This document shows positions 1 through 9,888 of a stretch of DNA of 64,000 bases, piece by piece. The translations under genes and the position numbers were made by a program. Below the pieces are notes generated by a model that saw only the letters and a list, made by a program, of their open reading frames with translations, made no database searches and was not told where the DNA came from. Source of the stretch: a bacterium (GTDB lineage: Bacteria; BMS3Abin14); contig JARGFZ010000002.1 in the NCBI GenBank assembly GCA_029210965.1, positions 63,016 through 127,015 on the forward strand. The letters are read 5' to 3'. Every line of letters starts with the position of its first letter. Within the stretch, counting starts at the first letter, position 1.

Positions 1-1302
1 GTTGAGCACGATCCGCGGGAGCTTGTCCGTTCCCTACGTGAGGCCCTGGCCGAGATCGCGCAAAAGTCAGGGGGCAGCTTTGAAAAGATCAAGGCCGCAG
101 GCCTGGCTACTCAAAGATCGAGCATCGTATGCTGGGATAAGCATACGGGAGAGGCTTTGTCACCGGTCATCAGCTGGCAGGATACCCGGGCCAGGGAAAG
201 GATCATCCAGCTGGCACATCGGGCAGGTGAGGTCCACGAAAGAACAGGCCTCTTTTTGTCCGCCCATTACGGAGCCAGTAAGCTGGCCTGGTGTGTCGAC
301 AACATCCCGGAAGTAAAAAAAGCCCTGGATGCCCACAGGCTATGTTTCGGCCCCATGAGCAGTTTCCTGGTGTGGCAGTTGACCGCGGAGAAGCTCTTCG
401 TCAGCGACCCTGTCAGCGCATCACGCACCTTGTTGTGGAACCTCCACCGCAAGGAATGGGACAGCCAGCTCCTTGAAATGTTCAATTTGACCTCCAGCGC
501 CCTTCCGGTATGTGTTCCCACTGTACACGATTTCGGGAATATCAAGGCTGGAGGGCGACAGATTCCCCTTGCCCTTGTCACGGGAGACCAGTCAGCAGCC
601 ATGTATGCCTATGGGAAATTACAGCCGGAAACTGCTTATATGAACATTGGCACCGGCGCCTTTGTGTCCCGTTCCCTCGGACAGGAGCCCTTACTGGCAT
701 CCGGACTGCTGACAAGCGTTATCCACCAGCAGGATGATGTCAGTGAGTATGTCCTGGAAGGTACCATCAATGGAGCCGGCAGCGCTGTTCAGTGGCTGAG
801 GACAATCCACAGTACAGAGGACCTCTGGGAGCAAATGCCCGGGTGGCTGAGGACTGTGGAGGATCCGCCCCTGTTTCTGAACGGCATATCGGGTCTCGGA
901 GCACCTTTTTGGGTCCCGGATTTCGTTTCAGGTTTTGTGGGGAACGGTCAGCCCCATGAAAAGTTTGTTGCCGTGGTTGAAAGCGTTATTTTCCTGCTTC
1001 ACAGGAATGTGGTTGAGATGGGCTTCTCTCTGAGAGGACCTGAAAGGATCCAGGTCACCGGCGGGCTGGCTGCCCAGGACGGAATATGTCAGCGTATTGC
1101 AGATCTGACAAGAGTGCCCGTATATAGGCCTGCCCAGGCCGAAGCTACGGTGCGGGGAACGTGCTATCTCCTTGCAGGCAGGCCTGACCATTGGCCGGAA
1201 CCGGCGCCAGGACAGTGGTTTGAGCCTGGCGACGGAACACCCATCACCCAACGCTACAGCAGGTGGCTGGAGGAGATGGAGAAGAGAATTAACAGTAAAT
1301 AA
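1..1302 (+). CDS. FGGY-family carbohydrate kinase (glycerol kinase/xylulokinase-like), 5'-truncated at window edge
   Basis: Frame 1 is open from nt 1. Upstream of the listed Met the translation gives ...ATQRSSIVCWDKHTGEALSPVISWQDTR, the FGGY N-terminal motif. A GTGAFV-type motif follows downstream. Confidence 0.8.
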   Translation, partial: VEHDPRELVRSLREALAEIAQKSGGSFEKIKAAGLATQRSSIVCWDKHTGEALSPVISWQDTRARERIIQLAHRAGEVHERTGLFLSAHYGASKLAWCVDNIPEVKKALDAHRLCFGPMSSFLVWQLTAEKLFVSDPVSASRTLLWNLHRKEWDSQLLEMFNLTSSALPVCVPTVHDFGNIKAGGRQIPLALVTGDQSAAMYAYGKLQPETAYMNIGTGAFVSRSLGQEPLLASGLLTSVIHQQDDVSEYVLEGTINGAGSAVQWLRTIHSTEDLWEQMPGWLRTVEDPPLFLNGISGLGAPFWVPDFVSGFVGNGQPHEKFVAVVESVIFLLHRNVVEMGFSLRGPERIQVTGGLAAQDGICQRIADLTRVPVYRPAQAEATVRGTCYLLAGRPDHWPEPAPGQWFEPGDGTPITQRYSRWLEEMEKRINSK

Positions 1303-1643
1303 TAATTAAGGATTTCGGATTGAGTATTACAATCTTTTTTGAATCCAGAATCCAGAATTTCCGTTATTAGCTGATGCCGGGATAGAACCTGGACCGTTTT
1401 TCCCTCTCGGTTAAAGATCATATGACCTTATTGATGGATGCCCCATTCTACATCATTGTCAACGGATCGTGACGAGCGGATTACAGGCAGGGACAGGAAG
1501 TATGGCATCCGATGGCAAGGGAGTGCGGGAGGGTGGGTACAGGTGGATGATTGAGCGGAGAATATCTGTTAGGATGCCGGCTCGGGCCTGCTATCTGGAA
1601 GGGCTGTGAACGTTAACCTGTCGCGGGAACTCAAAGAGGAAGC

Positions 1644-2540
1644 ATGTACAGAACTGTCGTCATACTTATATCGGTATTTCTGATCACCCATGGCCTTGCC
1701 GGCGTTGTTCTGGCAAAAGAGGATGATCAACCCCCCACAGCTGTTCGTAAGCGCCTTGCCATGGAACAGGCGGCACGCGACAACCCCTTCCTGCTGCTGC
1801 CCCATCGGCCCAACTACATCCTGCCCCTGGCATACGCCCTGGACCCATACGAGGAGCCCTTCGGCCTGGCCCAGGGATCTTTCGACAAGATGGAAATGAA
1901 GTTCCAGGTCAGCCTGAAATTCCTCGTGAAAGAAGGCTTCATCGGCGGAGAGGGCAACCTCTACGCCGCCTACACCAACCGGTCCTGGTGGCAGGCCTAC
2001 AACCCCCGGAGGTCACGCCCCTTCCGGGAGACGAACCATGAGCCGGAGCTGTTCCTCATGTACGATACCGACTGGAAAATCCTGGGGATGAGGGCCACCA
2101 GTGTTATTTTTGGGATCTCCCACCAATCCAACGGGCAGGGAGGTGCCTTGTCAAGGGGCTGGAACAGGATCTATGGCAACCTGTTCCTCGAAAAGGGCAA
2201 CACGGTGTTCAGTGTGAAACCCTGGTACCGCATACCTGAGAGGGAAAAGAGCGCCCCCGATGAACCAAGGGGTGACGATAATCCGGATATCCGCCGTTAT
2301 ATGGGGTCGGTCGAAGCCGGCGTTCTATACTGCAAGGGAAAAAACTTTTTCACACTCATGCTCCGCAATAACCTCAGAAGGGACAACCGGGGTGCGGTGG
2401 AGGTTGGATGGTCCTATCCCCTGAAGGGCAGAATGAAAGGGTATGTGCAGGTTTTCGATGGTTACGGTGAAAGCCTCATCGACTACGACTACCGGATGAC
2501 AAGGGTGGGAGTGGGGATCCTGCTGGCGGATTGGTTGTAA
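1644..2540 (+). CDS. pldA: Outer-membrane phospholipase A1 (OMPLA)
   Basis: 298 aa with signal peptide. Carries the YNPRR...HEPELFLMY...ISHQSNGQ motifs typical of PldA. Confidence 0.85.
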   Translation: MYRTVVILISVFLITHGLAGVVLAKEDDQPPTAVRKRLAMEQAARDNPFLLLPHRPNYILPLAYALDPYEEPFGLAQGSFDKMEMKFQVSLKFLVKEGFIGGEGNLYAAYTNRSWWQAYNPRRSRPFRETNHEPELFLMYDTDWKILGMRATSVIFGISHQSNGQGGALSRGWNRIYGNLFLEKGNTVFSVKPWYRIPEREKSAPDEPRGDDNPDIRRYMGSVEAGVLYCKGKNFFTLMLRNNLRRDNRGAVEVGWSYPLKGRMKGYVQVFDGYGESLIDYDYRMTRVGVGILLADWL

Positions 2541-2543
2541 GAG

Positions 2544-2596
2544 CAGTGTAGAGTGCAGAGTGCAGAGTGTAGAGTGCAGAGTGCAGAGTGTAGAGG
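2544..2596. repeat. Tandem heptamer array (AGAGTGY)n, about 7-8 copies
   Basis: Read directly: agtgtag agtgcag agtgcag agtgtag ..., immediately downstream of pldA. Confidence 0.9.
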
Positions 2597-2599
2597 AAG

Positions 2600-2992
2600 A
2601 TGAATACAATGAAGTTCACAAGAAACTCATTGACGATGTTTGTTTTTCTATGGGTGCTGTCACCAGCGGCTGTTTCCTTTGCGGGGGAGGCGGATGTGGT
2701 GGGTGTAAAGGCAAGTTCCGGGAAAGATGGGACCTGGTCTTTCTCCGTCACGGTGAGGCATGACGACGAGGGATGGGATCATTACGCCGACCGGTGGGAG
2801 GTGCTGGGGCCTGATGGTGAGGTTCTCGGGACCCGGGTTCTCATGCACCCCCACGTTGGGGAGCAGCCCTTCACCAGAAGCCTGCGCGGAGTCAAGATCC
2901 CGAAGGGTGTCTCCAAGGTTGTGGTCCGTGCCCGGGACTCGGTCCACGAACATGGGGGTGAGGTGATGGAGGTTGAACTTCACCTGAAATAG
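2600..2992 (+). CDS. Small secreted hypothetical protein
   Basis: 130 aa with an N-terminal signal peptide (FVFLWVLSPAAVSFAGEA). I recognise no family. It is bracketed by heptamer arrays. Confidence 0.4.
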   Translation: MNTMKFTRNSLTMFVFLWVLSPAAVSFAGEADVVGVKASSGKDGTWSFSVTVRHDDEGWDHYADRWEVLGPDGEVLGTRVLMHPHVGEQPFTRSLRGVKIPKGVSKVVVRARDSVHEHGGEVMEVELHLK

Positions 2993-3025
2993 GTTGCCAT
3001 CTTGAAGGGTCTGTACAATTTTTTT

Positions 3026-3106
3026 CAGAACGCAGAACGCAGAACGCAGAACGCAGAACGCAGAACGCAGAACGCAGAACGCAGAACGCAGAACGCAGAA
3101 CGCAGA
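3026..3106. repeat. Tandem heptamer array (CAGAACG)n, about 11 copies
   Basis: Perfect 7-bp periodicity read directly. Spurious ORFs on both strands translate it as ...RSAFCVLRSAFCVL... Confidence 0.95.
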
Positions 3107-3153
3107 AGGGATAAGCAATGCTTTTGACAGCCGGACCGGGAGGGTGAACTGTT

Positions 3154-3205
3154 CGCCACGCGCCACGCGCCACGCGCCACGCGCCACGCTTCACGCTTTT
3201 CACGG
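3154..3205. repeat. Tandem heptamer array (CGCCACG)n, about 5 copies plus degenerate units
   Basis: cgccacg cgccacg cgccacg ... cttcacg read directly. Confidence 0.9.
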
Positions 3206-3270
3206 CACTTACTCCTTGACATTTTCACGGTCCAGGAGCATGTTTATAGGCTTTGCTATACAAATAACTT

Positions 3271-5100
3271 TTGAAAAGGGATGAAAACACAGTGCAGGAA
3301 AATACTCGTAACATCGCAATCATTGCCCACGTTGACCACGGTAAGACCACACTGGTGGATGCCATGCTCAAACAGTCAGGCGTCTTCAGGGAAAACGAAG
3401 TTGTCAACGAGCGCGTCATGGACTCCAACGACCTGGAACGGGAGAGGGGCATCACCATCCTCGCCAAGAACCTGAGCGTTCAATTTGAAGACATCAAGAT
3501 CAACATCGTCGACACCCCCGGACATGCGGATTTCGGGGGTGAGGTGGAACGGATCCTCACAATGGTGGATTCGGTCCTCCTCCTCGTGGACGCTGTGGAC
3601 GGTCCCATGCCTCAGACCCGTTTTGTCCTCAGGAAATCGCTGGAAATGGGGCTGCGCCCCATACTCATCGTCAACAAGGTTGACCGCCCGGCTGCCGACC
3701 CGCTCCAGGCCCAGAGCAGAGTGTTCGACCTTTTCTGCGATCTTGCCACGTCCGAGGATCAGCTGGACTTTCCCACACTGTTCACCAACGCCCGGCAGGG
3801 TACCGCTGTGCGGGACATGAGCGAGGAACCCCGGGACTTAAGACCCCTTTTTGAAACCATACGGGACAACATCCAGCCTCCTGAGGGAGATGCAAACGCT
3901 CCCTTCCAGATGCTGATCGCCCATATCGACTACAACGACTACCTCGGAAGGATCGCCACCGGCAAGGTGGCCAACGGCAGCGTTGCCGTTGGAGACAGTG
4001 TGGCCCTCATCAAGGGGGACGGAAGGGTAACCAAGGGTAGGGTCAGTCGTCTCCAGGCTCACGAGGGGCTTCGGCAGGTGGAGGTTAACACAGCTACTTG
4101 CGGCGATATAGTAACCATCGCCGGCCTGGAAAATGTGGAGATAGGCGAGACTGTCAGCGACCCCTCCCATCCCCAGGCCCTCCCCTATAGGGTCGTTGAC
4201 GAACCCACTCTGGCGCTGAACGTCATGGTCAGCACCAGCCCCTTCGCCGGTCGGGAGGGAAAGTACGTCACCTCCAGGAGCATTCGCGAGCGCCTGCACC
4301 GGGAGCTTCGCAACAACCTCTCCCTGCGGGTCGAAGATACTTCGAGCCCCGACACTTTTCGGGTGTCCGGCCGCGGGGAGCTGCACCTGGGGATCCTCCT
4401 TGAGAACATGAGGAGAGAGGGCTTCGAGATGGCTATTTCCAAGCCAGAGGTCATCTTCAAAGAGATCGACGGCGTTCGGATGGAGCCCATGGAATGTCTC
4501 GTGATCGACGTCCCCGTTGAGCATCAGGGAGCAGTCATGGCCAGCGTCGGGCCGCGCCGGGTGGAGCTGCTGTCAATGAACGCTGTCAACAACGAGGTCC
4601 GCCTGGAATTTTCCATACCAGCGAGGGGGCTCATCGGGCTGCGAGGAGAACTGCTCACCGAAACGCGGGGCACCGCGGTTTTGAACCATGTCTTTGACGG
4701 CTATGAACCGTACAAGGGAGATATGCCGGGCCGCAGGACCGGGGCCCTTGTGTCCATGGAGAACGGCTTCGTTACCGCCTATGCGCTGGAAATGCTTCAG
4801 GAGAGGGGAAAACTTTTCGTAGAACCGGGCACGGAGGTTTACGCGGGAATGGTGGTCGGAGAAAATGCGAAGGACAACGATCTGGATGTTAACCCGGTAC
4901 GCCTTAAGAAGCTGACCAACATGCGCTCTTCCTCGTCCGATTTCAGCGTCAAGCTGACACCTCCCACCGTCCTCACGCTGGAACAGGCCATGGAGTACAT
5001 TGGTGACGACGAGCTGGTGGAGATTACCCCCAATTCCATACGGTTACGCAAGAGGGTGCTCAACAAGAACTTCAGGACTAAAAAGAGCGCGGTGGTTTAA
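3271..5100 (+). CDS. typA: Translational GTPase TypA/BipA
   Basis: Has [17 protein letters not shown] (G1), DTPGHADF and NKVDR motifs. 609 aa is full BipA length. The listed start is TTG; an in-frame GTG at about 3292 with AAAGGG upstream is the more plausible start. Confidence 0.95.
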   Translation: MKRDENTVQENTRNIAIIAHVDHGKTTLVDAMLKQSGVFRENEVVNERVMDSNDLERERGITILAKNLSVQFEDIKINIVDTPGHADFGGEVERILTMVDSVLLLVDAVDGPMPQTRFVLRKSLEMGLRPILIVNKVDRPAADPLQAQSRVFDLFCDLATSEDQLDFPTLFTNARQGTAVRDMSEEPRDLRPLFETIRDNIQPPEGDANAPFQMLIAHIDYNDYLGRIATGKVANGSVAVGDSVALIKGDGRVTKGRVSRLQAHEGLRQVEVNTATCGDIVTIAGLENVEIGETVSDPSHPQALPYRVVDEPTLALNVMVSTSPFAGREGKYVTSRSIRERLHRELRNNLSLRVEDTSSPDTFRVSGRGELHLGILLENMRREGFEMAISKPEVIFKEIDGVRMEPMECLVIDVPVEHQGAVMASVGPRRVELLSMNAVNNEVRLEFSIPARGLIGLRGELLTETRGTAVLNHVFDGYEPYKGDMPGRRTGALVSMENGFVTAYALEMLQERGKLFVEPGTEVYAGMVVGENAKDNDLDVNPVRLKKLTNMRSSSSDFSVKLTPPTVLTLEQAMEYIGDDELVEITPNSIRLRKRVLNKNFRTKKSAVV

Positions 5101-5221
5101 AAGCCTGGAAGAGTGAATAGTGAATAGGGAAGGTGGAATAAAGGCATCCCAGCCTTTTTCTTCCCCGTTCCCTATTCCAAATAGTTCCCTCGCGTTAAAA
5201 TCTTTCTCTACACGCTACACT

Positions 5222-5263
5222 CTCTTCGATTGAGCCGGGCCAGGCCCGAGATCAATCGAAGAG
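5222..5263. terminator. Long inverted repeat between convergent typA and the minus-strand gene (possible bidirectional terminator)
   Basis: ctcttcgattgagccgggcc a ggcccgagatcaatcgaagag is a near-perfect palindrome. It overlaps the last codons of the 5252..6307 gene and has no clear T-tract. Confidence 0.3.
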
Positions 5264-6307
5264 CAGGTTCGCGTCGATGAAAAAGCCGTTGGCCTTGAGG
5301 AGTTTCAGGAGGCCGATCTGCCACCCGCCTTCCTCCTTGTAGGGGATATAGCGTATTCCGAAGAGCCCCTCGGGGATATCCTGGGGTCGCTCACCGCTGT
5401 GCAGGATCACGACCTTTCCCGGACCGAGGCTACCCACCAGAAGACCAAGCTTAAAAGTGCTCTCATGTTTGGGGTAAGGTTTTCCGATCACCGAGGTGAG
5501 ACCGGAAAGGCCCCCCCTGGGTCCTGAGGATACCGACATGATGGTAAAGGCCATGTTCTTCTGCCCGATGATCCCCTCCATCTCGGAGGAGCTATCCTCA
5601 TCCAGAAGGGCAAGATCGATACCGATCTTCTCCAGCAGGGCCGCCACGGCCAAACTGATATCATCCCCCCCTTCCTGCAGCAGGAGTATCCGTCCCGGCT
5701 GTTTGGGGCTTACCTGGGGGGTTTTTTTGACAGTTTCCGCGGCCTTGGGAGCCGGCTTGGGTTCGGGTTCAGGTGCCGGTTTGGCCGCCCTGGCTGCCGA
5801 TGGCGCATCGGGTGCGTTGGGCCTGGTTCGGGGCACGGCCTTAGGCGGGGATGGCTTTGCCGGTGGGGTTTTTCCAGCAGGTTCGACCTCCACGAGATCC
5901 TCTGGGGACAGGTCCTGGATATCGTCCTCGGACAGATCTATGAGGCTGAGAAGCGCCTCCAGGCGCTGAGCCGCTTTTGGCAGCCCCAGTTCATATTTGG
6001 TCTGTTTTTCTGCCCGTGAATCACCCCTTGAAATATTTCCGGCGGCGATCTTGAACCCCTCGAACTCGCTGTACTCGGGTGACTCGCTCCCGAATACGTC
6101 GCACACTCCCTGGGCCACTCCGTCTTCAAGTGCCTGGATCTCGTCGCTGTCGAGAGGAACGATCCTGGGATTGATACTCTTCAGCTCACTGAGAATTGCA
6201 ATAAGTAGATCTTTACCCTGCTTCCCCGAGATCCCTGCCATAATATGCTCCCCTGTCGTTTCAATCAGTAGTTTGAGCCCCAGTGTATGTAGGTATTTTA
6301 CGCTCAA
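5252..6307 (-). CDS. Protein with C-terminal TIR-like (predicted nucleotide-binding, pfam10137-like) domain, a Pro/Ala-rich linker and an uncharacterised N-terminal domain
   Basis: C-terminal ...STFKLGLLVGSLGPGKVVILHSGERPQDIPEGLFGIRYIPYKEEGGWQIGLLKLLKANGFFID resembles the TIR-like ARQNVifElGyfiGkLGr...eiPSDl.Gv.y...d.W...La.EL.aaG consensus, recalled from memory. The linker is PAGKTPPAKPSPPKAVPRTRPNAPDAPSAARAAKPAPEPEPKPAPK. The true start is probably the internal MAGISGK near 6244. Confidence 0.5.
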   Translation of the reverse strand: MSVKYLHTLGLKLLIETTGEHIMAGISGKQGKDLLIAILSELKSINPRIVPLDSDEIQALEDGVAQGVCDVFGSESPEYSEFEGFKIAAGNISRGDSRAEKQTKYELGLPKAAQRLEALLSLIDLSEDDIQDLSPEDLVEVEPAGKTPPAKPSPPKAVPRTRPNAPDAPSAARAAKPAPEPEPKPAPKAAETVKKTPQVSPKQPGRILLLQEGGDDISLAVAALLEKIGIDLALLDEDSSSEMEGIIGQKNMAFTIMSVSSGPRGGLSGLTSVIGKPYPKHESTFKLGLLVGSLGPGKVVILHSGERPQDIPEGLFGIRYIPYKEEGGWQIGLLKLLKANGFFIDANLLFD

Positions 6308-6613
6308 GAAAATATTTTACACAAGGTCATTGTGTTGTAGGTTTGGCTTAGGAGCCAGGAGGAAATTAATTAAGAATTTGGAATTGAGCATTGAGGATTA
6401 ACATCAAAGGCCTCATTATTATAAATACTCAATTTTCAATGCTGCATCCGGAATCATATTTCCCAAACCTCAAACCTCAAACCCTTACCTTAATAATAAT
6501 AGGCCGTGTGCTGCAATCGTTCGGGTTTTGATCTTATTCTACGTTCTACATTCCACATTCTTCATTCTCACCAGACCCTAGACCCCAGACTCTAGACCCT
6601 ATACACTCCCCCC

Positions 6614-7225
6614 ATGTCTCCTTTCCTCTATTTTCTCATCTTCCCCCTGGTTGGAGCCCTCGTGGGTGGGTTCACCAACTGGCTGGCCATTCTCATGCTG
6701 TTTCGTCCCCGGGAACCGGTACGGATATTCTGGTGGTCCCTGCAGGGGGTTATCCCCAGCAGGCACGCTCAATTGGCTGAGCGTATTGCTGATACGGTGG
6801 AAAACAGCCTTCTGACTCAGGATGACATGGAAAAAGCCATGAGCGGTGTGAACTGGCACGATGAGGTAGACAGCCTCATACGAAAGGTCCTCCACGATCG
6901 GGGACCGGGCGGGATCCTAGAAAAGATCCCGGGCGTTTCACAGGCGTGGAATAGAATTATTTTTCCCTCTCTGCAGGAGGTTCTCAGCCGGGAGATAGTC
7001 CGGTTCATGGATGGACATGGTAAACGCTTTGCAGGCAAGCTGAGAGAATCGGTGGACATCAGGGAGATCGTCAGGATAAAGGTCATGGAGTTTGAGACCG
7101 AGGCCATGGAGGACCTTATCATGGCCGTTGCGAAAAAAGAGTTTGGTCACATCAAGATAGTGGGGGCCATCACCGGGGCGGCCATAGGTGTGGTGCAAGG
7201 AATAGTAATGTTAGTGGTGGGATGA
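6614..7225 (+). CDS. DUF445-family membrane protein
   Basis: N-terminal GxxTNWLAIxMLFRP motif, and C-terminal GAITGAAIGVVQG typical of DUF445. Confidence 0.7.
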   Translation: MSPFLYFLIFPLVGALVGGFTNWLAILMLFRPREPVRIFWWSLQGVIPSRHAQLAERIADTVENSLLTQDDMEKAMSGVNWHDEVDSLIRKVLHDRGPGGILEKIPGVSQAWNRIIFPSLQEVLSREIVRFMDGHGKRFAGKLRESVDIREIVRIKVMEFETEAMEDLIMAVAKKEFGHIKIVGAITGAAIGVVQGIVMLVVG

Positions 7226-7450
7226 AATGATCCTGGTGAGATCCAGGAGAAGGACTGGCCCGGAATGATGATTGTTTAATCCCTCCAGGAATTCGGTTTC
7301 AAGTTTCAGATTCCGGGTTTCGGGAGTTACCTCGATACCTGGATACATGAGCCTTTTCTCCCCCTTACCCTCTCACCCACTGTCCCCCTCCGATTTTCTC
7401 CCCCGTCAGAGCCTGTCACGCCAAAGGCGTGACGTCACCGTGTCCCCGTG

Positions 7451-8062
7451 TCAGACGGTCTCCAGCTCCTTTGCTATTTCCGGCCACATCTTACCGAAAT
7501 CCTCCAGGGCTCTGTGCCTGTGGCTGAACCTGTTTTTCTCTTCGGGCCTCATCTGGGAAAAGGTCTTGTCCTCGGGGATATAGAAGAAGATGGGATCGTA
7601 CCCGAAGCCGGCTTTGCCATGCTTTTCAAAGGTGATGAGCCCATCCACGCGGCCTCTGGTCTGCCAGGTCCGGCCATCCGGGGAGGCCAGAGCCAGAACA
7701 CAGACAAAGTAGGCCAGCCTTTCAGCCTCGGGGACTGCTTTCATCCTTTCGAGGAGCAGCGCCATGTTGGCTTCGTTGTCCCCATCCTCGCCTGCGTAGC
7801 GGGAAGAGTGGACCCCGGGGTCGCCTCCCAGGATCGGGACAACCAGTCCGGAATCGTCTGCCAGGGCCGGCATCCCTGCCCACCGTGCAACCTCAAGAGC
7901 CTTCTTCTGCGCGTTGGCTTCGAAGGTATCGCCATCTTCAACGATTTCAGGAAATTTACCTTCCAGGTCTTCCGGGGAGACGATATCAATCCCGAGGCTA
8001 CTGAGAATAGTTCTTATCTCAACTATTTTTCCCGGGTTTGAAGTTGCCAATACGATCTTCAT
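7451..8062 (-). CDS. rdgB: dITP/XTP pyrophosphatase (Ham1/RdgB)
   Basis: Has MKIVLATSNPGKIVEI...FGYDPIF motifs; 203 aa. Confidence 0.9.
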   Translation of the reverse strand: MKIVLATSNPGKIVEIRTILSSLGIDIVSPEDLEGKFPEIVEDGDTFEANAQKKALEVARWAGMPALADDSGLVVPILGGDPGVHSSRYAGEDGDNEANMALLLERMKAVPEAERLAYFVCVLALASPDGRTWQTRGRVDGLITFEKHGKAGFGYDPIFFYIPEDKTFSQMRPEEKNRFSHRHRALEDFGKMWPEIAKELETV

Positions 8063-8133
8063 TGGTATCCACCGAGGTTTGGTTCTACTGCGTTCTGAGT
8101 GCTGCGTTCTGAAAGAAATTTTGGGTCAGTTAG

Positions 8134-8904
8134 CTATCTCAACTCTCCCAAAATTTCTTTCTGCCATTTCACGATCTTTTTGATCCCCTTGCTTCCTTCC
8201 GCAATAAGCCGACTGAGGTCCTCCTGGCTAAAGGTCGTTCCCTCCCCACCGGCCTGGATCTCAACAATGCGTCCGCTTCCTGTCATCACAACAGTCATGT
8301 CCACATCGGCCTGGGAATCTTCTGTGTAGCAAAGATCCAGGAGGGTCTGCCTGTCAACGATCCCGATACTCACGGCGGCAAGATAGTCCTCCACAGGGAT
8401 CTTTCTAATCCGCTTCTGGTCCTTTACCTTCCGCAGCGCATCCACCAAAGCGATGAACGCTCCGTTTATGGCCGCGGTGCGCGTGCCCCCGTCAGCCTGG
8501 ATCACGTCACAATCCAGGTAAAAGGTGCGTTCCCCCAAAGCGGTGGTATCGACAACCGCACGCATGGCTCTCCCGATAAGCCTCTGGATCTCGTAGGTTC
8601 TCCCGGCAGTCTTGATGACAGTCTCCCGGTTCAGCCGGTTCTGGGTGGAGCGGGGCAGCATTCCGTACTCAGCCGTGATCCAGCCCTGCCCCGTACCCCT
8701 GAGCCAGGGCGGCACTCTCTCTTCCACCGAAGCGCTGCAAACAACCTTCGTATCGCCCATTTCCACCAGGACGCTTCCCTCAGCATGCTTCTGGAAGGGG
8801 CGGGTGATCTTTATTTCCCTTATCTGGTCGGGCTGGCGCCCGTCGGGACGGATGAGCTCGCCAAGCTTGAAGGTAAGATCTTTATCGTTCTTTTTGTCTG
8901 TCAC
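8134..8904 (-). CDS. rph: Ribonuclease PH
   Basis: RPDGRQPDQIR...GSVLVEMGDTKVVC...TQNRLNRE is the RNase PH signature. GTG start. Confidence 0.95.
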   Translation of the reverse strand: MTDKKNDKDLTFKLGELIRPDGRQPDQIREIKITRPFQKHAEGSVLVEMGDTKVVCSASVEERVPPWLRGTGQGWITAEYGMLPRSTQNRLNRETVIKTAGRTYEIQRLIGRAMRAVVDTTALGERTFYLDCDVIQADGGTRTAAINGAFIALVDALRKVKDQKRIRKIPVEDYLAAVSIGIVDRQTLLDLCYTEDSQADVDMTVVMTGSGRIVEIQAGGEGTTFSQEDLSRLIAEGSKGIKKIVKWQKEILGELR

Positions 8905-8930
8905 GTGTTCTCCTTTACGCCTTTTTTTTT

Positions 8931-8957
8931 GAGATTTGAGATATGAGATTTGAGATC
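8931..8957. repeat. Tandem heptamer array (GAGATTT/GAGATAT)n
   Basis: gagattt gagatat gagattt gagatcc, between rph and murI. The same unit recurs at 62530..62557. Confidence 0.8.
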
Positions 8958-8961
8958 CGTT

Positions 8962-9825
8962 TCACTCATCCCTTTCCAATATCGTTACCTGTTGAACATT
9001 TTCGAGTTTCCGGTCCAAAAAAACCTGCCCTACATCCAGAAATCTCTCAGGCAAGTCGGTGACCTCAAACAGGTCGGTACCTGAACCAGTCTCATCCACG
9101 AAACCGTTGTCGTCCAGAAAATTTTTAAGGGTTATAGCCGTCTCTTCGGCAGAATCTATGAGGGTGATCTCGGTTCCCATGACTATGGAAATGACCTCCT
9201 TGAGCATGGGGTAATGTGTGCACCCGAGGACCAGGGTATCCACCCCCTTTTCTATCAGCGGCTTAAGGTACCTGATGGCAACCTCCCGGGTGATGGGGTC
9301 CAGCAGCCACCCCTCTTCAACTAACGGCACGAAGAGGGGGCAAGGGGCGGCCAACACCTTGATATCAGGGTCAAGTTCTGTGATAGCGCGCTGGTAGGCT
9401 CCGCTCGCAACAGTCCCCCTGGTGCCGATCACACCTATTATACCGTTGGAGGTAGAACGCACAGCCGCAGCTGCTCCCGGCGCCACAACTCCGAACACAG
9501 GGATGGGCATGACGCTGCTGAGCAGATCAATGGCGTATGCGGAGGCCGTGTTGCAGGCAACTACCACCGCATCTACACCCCTTTCGCAAAGATAACGGCT
9601 TATCTGCACGCTGTAGCGGGTGACGGTTTCAGCAGACTTGGTTCCGTAGGGAACACGGGCAGTATCCCCGAAATAGTGGATGTCGGCACCGGGCAGCGCC
9701 TGGCTTACCTCCTTGTAGACAGTAAGCCCGCCAACACCGCTGTCAAATATTCCCAACTTGATCAAAAAAGCTCTCCCCGGAAGAGGAGAAGAGGGGACTT
9801 GGCGAAAAGGGGAAAACGGTCTCAC
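8962..9825 (-). CDS. murI: Glutamate racemase
   Basis: Has IGIFDSGVGGLTV...VVACNTAS...LGCTHYP motifs. Confidence 0.9.
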   Translation of the reverse strand: MRPFSPFRQVPSSPLPGRAFLIKLGIFDSGVGGLTVYKEVSQALPGADIHYFGDTARVPYGTKSAETVTRYSVQISRYLCERGVDAVVVACNTASAYAIDLLSSVMPIPVFGVVAPGAAAAVRSTSNGIIGVIGTRGTVASGAYQRAITELDPDIKVLAAPCPLFVPLVEEGWLLDPITREVAIRYLKPLIEKGVDTLVLGCTHYPMLKEVISIVMGTEITLIDSAEETAITLKNFLDDNGFVDETGSGTDLFEVTDLPERFLDVGQVFLDRKLENVQQVTILERDE

Positions 9826-9888
9826 TCCCCATTCTCCTTTTCTCCTCTTCGCCTTCTCCCCTTTTCGGTAATTCGTCCTGTGGACGAA

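Noticed and set aside
1303-1643. 340-bp leader upstream of pldA considered as a riboswitch or ncRNA
   Set aside because: I see no recognisable conserved riboswitch core. It contains a (GAATCCA)2 heptamer unit and AT-rich promoter-like sequence only.
3026-3205. Heptamer arrays considered as a CRISPR array
   Set aside because: The unit is 7 bp with no unique spacers and no cas genes. These are simple tandem microsatellite-like repeats, not CRISPR.
2660-3228. Three overlapping minus-strand ORFs (175, 103, 67 aa) with repeated ...RSAFCVLRSAFCVL... peptides
   Set aside because: They are frame translations of the (CAGAACG)n and (CGCCACG)n heptamer arrays, with no independent coding signal.
3838-4524. 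228-aa antisense ORF inside typA (and similar antisense ORFs in tctA 43217..44083, in the histidine kinase 45798..46420, and in the TIR-like gene 5496..5969)
   Set aside because: GC-rich genes commonly yield long antisense open frames. The sense-strand genes have strong family assignments.
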